64,000 nt of DNA, from NCBI RefSeq assembly GCF_006345805.1, contig NC_043008.1, positions 27,032,001 to 27,096,000 on the forward strand, read 5' to 3'. Below, piece by piece: positions 1 through 11,020 of this stretch. Numbering within the stretch: the first letter of the stretch is position 1; each line of letters starts with the position of its first letter. Below the pieces are notes generated by a model. That model was not told where the DNA came from. It made no database searches and saw only the letters and a program-made list of their open reading frames with translations. The position numbers and the translations under genes are program-made. The stretch comes from Octopus sinensis (Eukaryota).

Positions 1-1560
1 GACTGATATTGTATACCTCTATATGTCAAATCCCATACCTGTATCTCTGCTGAAGAGTTTTACAGTTTGTGTTAAGGAATCTATTTCTTTTTTATTTTTA
101 TTAAAAAGCATCAAATCATCCATGTAGAGCAAGTGGCTAATTTTTCCTTTACTATCTCTACACTGATAATCCGCCTTTGTATTTCTTAATAAGGAATTGA
201 GTGCGATTAAACATAGTACAAATATTAATGGGGATAATGAGTCTCCCTTGAAAATTCCTTTCTTGATGTTAACTTTCCTTAAGGTTGTATTACATGAGTA
301 AATATCTACTTTCCATTCCTTCATGCTAATTAACCCTCTTATGTTGTCTGCAATGATGAATATACTCAAAAATATCCCTTATCCATGGCGATGAAATCAT
401 GCTATCAGCTTGTTTATAATCTATCCAAGCTACTGTTAAACTTTTCTTCCTAGATTTCACTTCTTTCAGAACTGCCTTGTTTGGATATAATAGATCACGC
501 AATTCTCTAATCTTCTTCCTGCAATATTTCTGTTTTCCTGGAAGTAAACTCTGGCAGTCAAAGTGCTCATAAATGCTTTCTGAGTGCATTCCTCTTAACA
601 GCTTCCACACCAGTGGTAAACAAGTAATTGCTCTATAATTACTAGTAATATTGCCCTTACTCTTGTCTTTCATAAGAAGTACCGTTTTCCCTCAATGCAT
701 CAAATTAGGTATGATTCCTCTATTCAGACAATCCTGAAGTTGTTCCTTCATTCTCTGATGTAAACTGCTAAATTTCTTTAACCAGTATCCTTGAACTCAA
801 TCTGATCCTGGGCTTTTCCAATTCGGCATTCTTTCTAACATGTTATTCATTAACGCACTTGTTAGTTTTAGATCTGGCTGATTCTCACTAACTACTTCGT
901 TATTCAATTACTTTAACCATGCTGCATCCCCGTTATGAATAACTGGCTTATCTCATAAATCACTCTAGAACCTTCTGGCTTTTTCTGCATTCGGCCTCTC
1001 AACTTCTGTAGTTTCTTTCACATGGTGTAATTAGTTTGTCTCAAACAATCTATTCTGTTGATACAGATCTATTCTTTTCTGATATCTGGAAATCTTATCT
1101 ACTATTGCTATGACATGCTGTTTCAGCTCTTCCATGAATATACCAATGCCTTTCGCTTTGATTAAGTATTCTTTCTCAAGAAAAATTAAAATCTTGTGTT
1201 TCCTAACTTGTCCTGTTTCAGATTTCTATTCTACTCAGATGCGCTCATGAAGTCTTCCCTTTATTTTCTAATATCCTGACCACGTCTCATTTTTCCTGTT
1301 CTTCTTTGGAGAAATTTCTAGTCTGCTAGTAATTACTACCTCGCCTGCTTAAATCAATAAGACAGTGTTGCTTATATTTCTAGTATCAATTCTACTGATA
1401 ACAGAATCTCCTCGCCTTGTAATATCTAGGAACTTCCTTCTATTAATGTCTTTTATAGTTGGTAATCTTTTTTCTTTCTTCTTAACTCATTACATCCTTC
1501 AGGTCATCTAAGATTTTCTGATCTTACCGACTTAAGTCGCTGGTATCAGTTTTACCTACC
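1..1560 (-). mobile_element. Decayed R4/Dong-like (RLE-type) non-LTR retrotransposon, RT region
   Basis: ORFs 326..673 and 19..369 give NYRAITCLPLVWKLL, AWIDYKQADSM, GIFKGDSLSPLIFVLCL and HLLYMDDLMLF, motifs typical of R4-clade RT; broken by frameshifts and stops. Confidence 0.85.
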
Positions 1561-1959
1561 TAAGTAATGCTATTATTTTTTCTTGCAGGCTCTTCCTTGG
1601 CTTGGAATATATCACATGCATTTTGCTTCATCCTGGTTTGTGTTATTTGGCTGTTCTACTTCTTGGTATTTCTTTTATTATTATTATCATCATTATCTTA
1701 TATTATTATTATTATCTTTACTTTATATGATTTTATTCTGATATATATATATATATATATATAATATATATATATATATATACTCATACATACCCACATG
1801 TATCCGTTTGCATGTTCATATATGTAAATACATACACACACATACACACACACAAACATATATAAAATTAAATGATTGTGATCCTAAAGTAAGAACGGGT
1901 GAGTTAGATAAGGACTAGAATTTAAAATGGAGATTCATAAGGTTGTTGGGGATTACCTA

Positions 1960-2885
1960 CGGGGCATTGTGGAAATATACTGTGTGATTATTTAGGTATT
2001 TAGATTTCTGGTAGAATTTGAAAGTATGAAACAAGCGGTGGTTGCATGTGCATAGGCCTCATGGTTGTTTAGTACTGTAGAAGAGTTGTGCTTTAATATG
2101 TAGAGTTATGTAAGCTTCAGGCAAAGCTTCAGGTTGAGAGTTGACCTTGGTAAAGAAGCCCTGAATCTAATATGGACGACGTCAGAGTATAGGGTATATT
2201 TGTATTTTTGAGATGATGTATGTGACTGCGAGTGTTGTAGATTTACTGTCTATCGTATCTAAAAGAATGGTGAGCAGCATATCGCTGTTTAAAATTTATA
2301 GTTGATCCTATATATATGACTGTAGAATTGTGTAATGTATTAAGAACAGTACATTTATAAATTACATTATATCTTCTATAATGGGTTTATAAAGGGCAGA
2401 TGTCCCCAGGAAAGCAGTTACAAGTGGGTGAATTTTAGAGTGGTTTTCAGGAATGGAGGAGGCAATATTGTCGGAGCAGAGGTTAGAGAATGGGGTAGAA
2501 ATGTCTAAACTATTCGTATTATTAATATTATTATTACTATTATTGTTATTATTACTATTGTTGTTATTAATTGTACTATTTGTAAGAGTGGTAGAGGTTG
2601 TGGTGGTGTTCCGGATAGTGCTAGTAAGAGGGGTTGGGTTGTGGTTGTTGTCTAATATAAAGGTTTCCGTGCTGGAGCTGTGTGCATGTTGCGCGTTCGT
2701 GTATCTAGAGTTGTAACTATGCGAGTTTTGATAGTAGAAAGAAAGCTTTTGTTTATTAAAAGTTGCCATGGTAGATTAGAAGTTGGGTGGGGCAGAACAG
2801 GATAGTTACAGGGAGGATCTATCAAAGATAGAATAATATTTTGCGACGCCTCATGCAACCACCGACAAATTGGTGGGTTCAACGT
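1960..2885 (-). mobile_element. Penelope-like element (Naiad-type) C-terminal fragment with GIY-YIG endonuclease, pseudogenised
   Basis: Manual minus-strand translation: LNPP...NIILSLID, FNKQKLSF, N/T-rich linker, TCNCFPGDICPL*THYRRYNVIYKCTV...VIYIGSTINFKQRYAAHH, SHIHHLKNTNIPYTL, KLCL...LYILKHNSSTVLNNH, CNHR. Matches the CxC..CPL / VIY / YIG / CxLC / LN / CRH layout of Naiad PLEs. Confidence 0.78.
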
Positions 2886-2890
2886 AAAAG

Positions 2891-3262
2891 ACGCAGGCAT
2901 AGCTGTGTAGTAGGAAGCTTGCTTCTGAACCATATGGTTCCAGGCTCAGTCCCACTGCGCGGCACCTTGTTCAAGTGTCTTCTGCTATAGCCTCGGTTCG
3001 ACCAAAGCCTTGCGAGTAGATTTGGAAGAGGGAAACTGAAAGAAGCTTGTCGTATATATGTGTGTGTGTGTGTTCGTATTTGTGTCTTGTTTTTGTGATG
3101 CTATCCCCTCCTCACCTCCACTTGAAAACTTGCTGGTTTGTTTACGTCCCCGTGAACTACTGATTCGGCAAAAGTACTTGGGTTGATTTGTTCGATGAAG
3201 CACTTCAATGCAGATCCCCAAGCATGGCCACAGTCCAATGATTGAAAGAAGTAAAATTTAAA
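2891..3262 (+). mobile_element. tRNA-derived SINE family A (near full length)
   Basis: Head GCAGGCATAGCTGTGTAGTAGGAAGCTTGCTTC...GGCTCAGTCCCACTG, central GGCACCTTGTTCAAGTGTCTTC, (GT)n, tail CAGCATGGCCACAGTC; same family recurs about 12 times in the window. Confidence 0.9.
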
Positions 3263-4085
3263 AGTTGAAAGAACTAAATTGTAATCATAACTACTTAACT
3301 ACTCGTCTGTTAAATTTCATTTGATTTCTTCTTAACTTTATGTAAATGATGGCTGGTGAAATATTGACGAAACGCAGAGAAACACAATGTTCTCATAATG
3401 GATTTCTGTGCATTTTAACTAAGTAGAAATGACAGTGAACTTAAATTTTGGCCTTGTGAGCAGAAAAAGCAGAGAAAAAAAGAGACATTAAAATGTATTA
3501 AACGACTCCGATTGTTACAAACGTATTTCTTTCGCTCTCTCAGTTTGCTTATGTATATGTGAAGACAGGACAAATTTGTAGCATTCGGGATCATTCAATA
3601 CATTTTAATATTTATTTCATTTTCTCCCCACCTCTCTGTGCTTATGTGTGTGAGCGTATTTCTCTTTATGTGTATAAGGAGAGGAAGAATATTTATGTCT
3701 ATCAAGTTCAATTAAGAAATTGGGAACTTTCTCTTTCCCTGTCTCTCTGTTTTACTCTCTCTTTCCCTCTCTTACTCTATCTTTAGCGTATATTTCTACG
3801 CGCATGCTGCATTTAGTGCCAACAGGGACTGTCACTAAAATCGCCGTCGCCTAAACAGTGTCAGTATCCAGTCAGGTGTTCTAACTCGCCAGCATCCAAA
3901 GAGCCGCGCACAAACGTTTCGTCCCATACTAAATTATTCTAAAGTTAGAATTCATAGACTCTTTTGCAAAAGAGGTTAACTAATTACATGCTCATATAAA
4001 AGCGTTCATGCCATATATAGGAAAGATACAATATATAGATAGCGCAAACAACATTGGCTGCGACAAATAGGGGGATCATCGTAAA

Positions 4086-4245
4086 AGGCGCAGGCGTAGC
4101 TGTGTGGTAAGAAGCTTGCTTCTGAACCACATGATTCCAGGTTCAGTCCCACTGCATGGCACCTTGTTCAAGTATCTTCTGCTATAGCCTCTGTTCGACC
4201 AAAGCCTTGTGAGTAGATTTGGAAGGGGGAAACTGAAAGAAGCCC
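4086..4245 (+). mobile_element. SINE family A, head half only
   Basis: Near-identical to 2891-3050; ends abruptly at the start of the hammerhead element. Confidence 0.85.
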
Positions 4246-4376
4246 ATTATTTGCATTATTTACATTATTTATATTTGACAGATATTTGTCCTCATCTTGA
4301 GAGTATATCAGCCTTCATCAGGTGTCTTGGGGAAATTTTGAACCTGGGTTCTCATTCCTAAGGTTGTTTTATGTTG

Positions 4377-4413
<37 letters not shown>

Positions 4414-4610
4414 GGTCACGGCCTGGAATCGAACTCGGAATCTTGGAGTGAGTAGCCCGCGCTCTTAACCACTACGCCATATGCCCTGATGAAGTCTAGA
4501 GGGTATATCAGCCGAAATGTTCTGTTAACAACAAACAAGGTGAGGACAAATATCCGTCAAATATAAATAATGTACATAATTCCTCATCCCTTAAATATAG
4601 AACTAAAAGA
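4246..4610 (-). mobile_element. Non-autonomous element: tRNA-like head + (AAT)n + PLE pLTR-like segment with hammerhead cores, inside ~42-bp inverted repeats
   Basis: Inverted repeat 4258-4299 / 4536-4577; A box TGGCGTAGTGG and B box GAGTTCGATTCC on minus (4414-4486); CTGATGA cores at 4315-4321 (-) and 4486-4492 (+). Confidence 0.7.
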
Positions 4611-4623
4611 AGCTCGTCGTATA

Positions 4624-4655
<32 letters not shown>

Positions 4656-4850
4656 CAGAGACAGAGATAATTTATTCTCAAACGCAGATTTTTCTGCAAA
4701 TTTTTTTGCAAAAATATGGATATTCTATCCTATTCTTGTTATTCTGTTAGAATTATTCTACGTTTGAGAATCAATTATTTCTGTATCTTTCGATGCATCT
4801 CAAAGCTTCTAAAAAAAGGAGCAAACTTTGTTGTTTACTTTCACCGTAAT

Positions 4851-4892
<42 letters not shown>

Positions 4893-4999
4893 GCAAATGT
4901 AATATGTGACAATTATTCGGTAGCCATGATAAAACTTCGAGGTGGACAACTGTGCGAGTCCACCGATTATCGGTGAACCGGGTGACGTGTCCAGCCCAT

Positions 5000-5370
5000 C
5001 TAAACTTGATGCGTAAAACTTTTCACCGCATTTCTCGAGCAGATCATCAGAGGCATCGACTGGCAAGGTGGTGTCAACATCAATAGCGAGCTAATCGCCC
5101 ACCTCCGTTTCGCTGATGACATCGTAATCATCGCTGAAATCATGGATCAGCTTCAGACTATACTGACCATGCTAGACATCAAATGCTCTGCAGTAGGTCT
5201 CAAGCGGAAACGCATGAAAACGAAGTTCAAGCGGTCAGACAACGTACCAACAGGTTGAATGGTGATCGGCTGTGATGAAATACAGGAGGTAAAGGAATAT
5301 GTCTATATGGGACAGGAAGTAAATATGTGCCGAGATAACGAAAAGGAAATCTCACGGAGAGTAAGGCCCG
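5000..5370 (+). mobile_element. RTE-clade LINE RT fragment
   Basis: Manual translation LFTAFLEQIIRGIDWQGGVNINSELIAHLRFADDIVIIAE...EVKEYVYMGQEV...EISRRV. Confidence 0.85.
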
Positions 5371-5556
5371 TCTCTCTGTATATATATTGTGTGTGAGCGA
5401 AAGAGAGAGAAAGAGAGTGCGTTCAGGCGTGTGTGTGTGTGTGTGAGGGGTATCGATATCTACCCTTGCTTATTGCTTTCTAGTCAACAGATTTATCTAT
5501 CCCACGAACTTAGACTCTGAAAAAGAAATCAGAAATAAATGCAAATAAGCTTATAT

Positions 5557-6429
5557 ACAGGTTGTAATGGATATATTATCACCATTTTACAATTTTAATT
5601 TCATGCATGCGCATTTTTTACTATTGATTTTGTCGACTACACAGTATGGTAGGGTCAGTTGGGCACCGTCTGTGAGAAAAACAGCGCCATGACTAAATTC
5701 ACTCTGCCAGAAATTTGGAAACGACATACTGTATTGCTTGGCATTCACGCTGCAAGCTCCAATGCAAACATTTCAGAGTGTTTGGGTGTCAATCTGAAGA
5801 CAGTGCATGTACTGAGAGTGATAACATTCAAGTATTCAGTCAACATCATAGTGTTTGGAGTGATCACTAGTGATGGCGACATTAAGCCTCCATTCATCTT
5901 CACACACAGCCTCACACTCTACACGGAGGCCTACATCATGTGCCTGGAGGAGGTAGTGCTACCCTGGGTGAAGAGAGTGGCTGCTGGAAGAGCCTATTTC
6001 TGGCAACAGGACTCTGCACCATGCAACAGAAACAGATGAACCCAGTCATGGCTGTCAGACAATTTCTGCAAGCATATCGCCCCTAACATCTAGCCATCTA
6101 ACTTCCTAGACTTTAATTCTCTTGATTATTATGTGGGGGGCGCAGTTGAGCGAGAGTCCAACAAAACTGATTGTAACGCCAAAGATGAACTGAAGGCAAC
6201 GATTATGGCAGTATTCACCAACTTAAACAAGGAGACAGTCCAGAAGAGTTGCAGGGTATTCCAAAGCCGTGTGGAGGCCGTAGTTGAAGCCAATATTGAA
6301 AAAATTTACTCTTTAGCATTTCAAGATATTCTTTTAAGGAATTTTGGTAAATATATCTGTTAAAATGAAATGTCAGTGTTATTTTCATTTTTGCGTAATT
6401 TAGACGGCAATTTATTCACCGTACAGTGT
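5557..6429 (+). mobile_element. Internally deleted Tc1/mariner element (maT/DD37D-like)
   Basis: ORFs 5659..6039 and 6133..6363: IIVFGVITSDG, WQQDSAPC, PLDYYVGGAVE, DELKATIMAVF; imperfect TIRs beginning TACA at both ends. Confidence 0.8.
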
Positions 6430-6529
6430 AATAGGTGATGATGAATGATAGTGGAAACGTGCAAGTGACAAAGGAAATACGAATATGTATGTATATATAT
6501 ATCAACTGAGGGAAATATGAAAATAATGA

Positions 6530-6565
6530 TGCTGCTGTTGTTACTACTACTACTACTACTACTAT

Positions 6566-6639
<74 letters not shown>

Positions 6640-6640
6640 A
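6530..6640. repeat. (TAC)n microsatellite
   Basis: Direct reading. Confidence 0.95.
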
Positions 6641-8699
6641 CGTAAATCGGATATGTATTCTTAAAAATGTGCTTCTTTATTTACGATGAAGTAACATTAA
6701 AGCAAAGATATTTTCGTGGGAAAATAAGACCAAAAACAGGAAAACTGAAAAGAAAGAATACCATTATATTCTTTTTCTGACATCCTTAGAAACCCGGAAT
6801 AAATTTATATTGTCAGATTGGCAACAAACATTGAAGAGGGAAGAAATAAAGAAAAATTAATTCTCGCTTTGCAATTTTCTTTGAGACTTCTGATAATAAA
6901 ATATCTTCTCTTTATTATTCATAAAATGATTGAACTGCAGCATACACATTTCATAATCTAAATACAGTACAGGAAATCTTCATAGTTTCTTTATTCATCA
7001 AAATTCATTTCCATATTTATATTCCTGAATCCCAACAATTTTTCTTTTAAATCCTTTAGCATATTTATGAATTCTTTTATAATATATGTAGGTAGTTTTC
7101 TACCAGAGCTCAGAGATTCCATGTTTTACTAATACTACTTTGAATTTGTAAATTAAACAAGATTTATTGATTGTCATTTGCTGTAGATTGGTATGTACAT
7201 CGAAATTTGGTGTGAGAATGCGCAAAAGTATAAGATCAGATAAAAGAAACAAAATATACAAAACACACAGGACGTAGAATACTAAAGCATATATAATTTA
7301 CTACGGTATGCTTTCTTTGTCTGTGTCTTTAGATTTTGTACAACATCAGTAAATTCTAATTTCTAAAGTTGTTAAACAAATATCCTTATACTAAATGAGG
7401 ATGAATGCTTAGGCGAGAAGCAATATCAGTATGGTTATTCCTACAAGTGCCGTGTAGGGCACGAGTGTTGAGTTGTGTGTGATTAATGTCTTACAGTTTG
7501 AAAAAACTATAATAATATAATATAGTTGAATATTTTCCCTGAGTTCAATGATTACTAGATAACTTGTAGAAGCTTATGCCATACTGTGTCAGATTTCCAT
7601 GGACCACTCTCATCTTCTCTCATTCTTTCTGGATCTTATCTTCATTCTTATGCTTTAAACACTTTCTTCCCAGAACTGTATTAATCTAGAATTGTTGCTC
7701 CCGTCTTAGTTTTTCTTGTAAATATCAATTTAAGTTGAACATCAATCGCTATTTGGAAAGATTAACATTAGCCAAGGGCATTATTCTTCTCTCCTGATTA
7801 TCTTAGTTTACGATTGTTAGTTTTAATTTCACATTCATATGTGAGAAATATTTCAATAGTTGCCTCTCTATTTTAAGCTTCAATCAGCATTATCTCTGAT
7901 CGTCATCATCATTGTTATTCTTGGAGGTGTAAATATTTCCATAGAAGATTCAAACTAGAAACGTTTATATATAAACTAATGGTAATAGTTAGGAGAATAA
8001 TTTAGACTAGTCCTATGTATATATATCCAGAAATAAGACATCTTATAATCATAGGATATTACTTGGGAAAAGAAAGATTAAACTATAAATGTTAAGAAGT
8101 CTGCGTAATCGCTCATCTAAGATATTCAACATATTCTTAACAAGTGTAGTGTGCTATTGAATTGCTTCTGCAGTTAACTATCAAACAATCACTAAGATGA
8201 AAATTCATTTGTCCGATGCACTGAATTCCTGCTAGAGAAACGATGTGTGCACGACTGAGTAGTCCTCGAATATGATCTCTATTGCCAACGGATGCAACCA
8301 ATACATGTGTTATTACATCGCACCTGACGTTTTTGTCTTTCATTGGCTTAGTAGGGCTAAAATTTTATGACCTAATCTTCCTTGAGTTGCGTGCCATTGT
8401 TGAACTAAACGGACAAGCGACTTTCATACAGACTAATGCTCACTTACTCAATCTTCTTTTTATTAGGTAACAGATCGATTGTGACAGGAGAATTCTCATA
8501 CAACGAACTCTGTTATGCATTTCTTTATGAAACTATCGGCGTTGGAATTTTGCAGTTCATTTAGAGTCTACATTTTGATTCTTTCTCTTCTAACACAAAT
8601 CCTAATAGAAATAGAAAACTCATGAAAGACATTATAATACAGAATAGTCTTGTTGCTACTAATACAAGGCTTCAGAACTGTACTGGTAGTTTCTGGACA

Positions 8700-9160
8700 A
8701 ATCAATGTCTTTCGAGATGTTTACATCCATGGCTTCTTGGGGAATGTACAAATATCACCACGACACCTATTAATGCTTGTTTATAATATATCCAGTTAGT
8801 TGTTGAAATATTCAGTCAAACATTTCAAGTCTGCTTTGCTATCTGACACAATATTGTAGTCTTTAAACTTCATTGACATATGTTGAGTACTAAAAGACCC
8901 ATGCACGGTACGAGCACTGACAGGAAAATTGAAGCCTCACAGACGATGTTGTTCGGAAAAAATTTGGATTTTCTTGGCTTTGGCTTGTCCCCAGCGATTT
9001 TGAATTGTACGACTTTTTTCTTTCAATAATCTCTTTAAGACAATGATAATTGTCATCCTTAGGTTTAGATTGAGGATAATTTTCAACGACGTCTAACAAA
9101 GCATATTATTGAGATGAGTTATTGGACACGATATCGTCTTGGAATAAATCTTGCTATATA
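8700..9160 (-). mobile_element. Possible highly decayed piggyBac-type transposase remnant
   Basis: Scattered minus-strand pieces LLDVVEN, RWGQAKAKKIQI, PNNIVCE, NISTTNWIYY resemble PGBD-like segments; very degenerate. Confidence 0.3.
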
Positions 9161-9169
9161 TAACTTATG

Positions 9170-9504
9170 TGAAGGCGCATGGCTCAGAGGTTAGAGCGTC
9201 GAGCTTACGATCGTGAGGTTGTAAGCTCGAATCCTGGACCGGGCTGCGTGTCGTGTTCTTGAGCAAGACACTTTATTTCACGTTGCTCCAGTTCACTCAG
9301 CTGTAGAAATGAGTTGCGTGACACAGGTGCCAAACTGTATCTGCTGTTGCCTTGGATAACACTGGTGACATGGAGAGGGGAGGCCGGTATGCATGGACGA
9401 CTGTTGGTCTTCCATAAAAAACAATCTTGCCCGGACTTGTGCCTGGGAGGGTAACTTTCTAGGTGCAATCCCATGGTCTGTGTCGTGACCGAAGGGCGTC
9501 TCCG
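9170..9504 (+). mobile_element. tRNA-derived SINE family C (CORE-like central domain), full length with 10-bp TSD
   Basis: A/B boxes (TGGCTCAGAGG; AGCTCGAATCC), GTGTTCTTGAGCAAGACACTTT core; ATAACTTATG duplicated at 9160-9169 and 9505-9514. Confidence 0.9.
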
Positions 9505-10129
9505 ATAACTTATGAATCCTGTGCCTACTGTAGTTGTACAAAGTGATACAGTTTCCAGGTTAGTCGATTTAGACTCCATTTAGTACGAAGTGAGTTAATT
9601 ACATTTGAAATTTAAGTGCCAGCAACACTTCTAAATGTGCTAAATGTGACACAAAACTTTTTTCATATAGATATTAGGTTCCTTATGGCAACTACTACTC
9701 ACAAAACGTTCTATGAAACCTCCTTGTTCTGATTAGAAGATATGAATCTGTGCGATGAGCTTGCAGATACAGAAGATTACTGTTTGATCACTCTCTGATA
9801 TTCATGAAGAAAAGAAAAGTTGTATTGTATGTAACATTTCAAGCCGACATAAGCGTGACAATGTTTCAAGAGAGGAGAACTGAGATACTAATCTTGGTCT
9901 CCAATGTAATGGCAACAAGATACAGAGAGTGTCTTGAGAATGCGTAGCTCAGAAATATCAATTTAGGTCTGTAAGATAAATTGAAAATAAACATGATTCA
10001 GCCCACTTGGTGAAATGTAAAAGGAAGCAATAGAGGCACTCTTCAACTTCCAAACGAAAGAACGGACAACTTCTACAACGTAAACAAATGGACGGTCACT
10101 TGGATAACTGTGAAGAAGAGCCTTTCCAG

Positions 10130-11020
10130 TTATTTACATCGTAAGGAAAGCACTGACTTGCGATTATCTCCATGGACCAAACATTTCTGATGACTCCTTA
10201 ATAGAACAGATCTACGTCAAGCTAAATTTGTCGACAATACTTCTTCAACCACAAGGTTGTAGATAACTTGACGATTCTGATTTGTCCGTTTAACATACAA
10301 GCGTTTCAAAATGTCTAAAGTTGGTTAGAAGTATCATATCCCTGATATCATCTAGAAGAACGTACTCCACCGTAAACATCTCTTGCACCTCTGAAATGAA
10401 ACATATAAAGGAAATAATGTAACAGCCTTCTCGAAGTCTAGAATCATGCCACTTTCAATGAAAAGTGATCTTCACTTGCCTCAAAATTGTAGACGTGTTA
10501 TTCTTTCACATTTACCCTCACAGACCAAAATCACTATGCCTCCTAATTAGAACTTCGCCTCATACTGATCCCATTCTTCGCGTGAACCGAAACAGCTTCA
10601 GCAAAAGGAGATCAACATAATTGTAGATCCTTGTCATTAAAAAAATTCAAAGAAGCTCAAAATCTTTGAAGTAAAAGGCAGAAATTGTATTTGCGAATTT
10701 CCCCAAAGCATTTGATGATGTGAACTAAAGTGTCATGTTATGCATCTTGTGGAGTAGAATATCAAGTGGTGAAATTCAACTAATTACGGTAGTTGCTGCA
10801 TTTTTGAAGTGGTTACAGTGATGTTAAAGCTTCCCCGATACCGGAAAGTGATGAAAACAGCATGAGATTGAGTGGACTAAAAGTACCTGGCTGCCCAGTA
10901 CTGCCCGACTGGGCGATACAATCACTAGGCGCTGAAAGTGATGCGATCTCTTGTAGATAGCTGGTGAACGGTATGAGGCAGTCAAATTGTATGTAAAATG
11001 ATATCTACATACAGTTATAT
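10130..11020 (+). mobile_element. Decayed RTE-clade LINE fragments
   Basis: Manual translation ILRVNRNSFSKRRST...AEIVFANFPKAFDDVN...MLCIL (RT motifs), followed by a C-terminal-like segment. Confidence 0.6.

Noticed and set aside
4414-4486. Genuine tRNA genes at SINE heads (also 2891, 9170, 39333, 63445)
   Set aside because: A/B boxes are present but no full cloverleaf or acceptor stem; each continues into repeat bodies.
7390-7470. Short peptide NEDECLGEKQYQYGYSYKCRVGHEC resembling an EGF start
   Set aside because: Cys spacing is wrong, splice sites are weak, and it ends in a stop.
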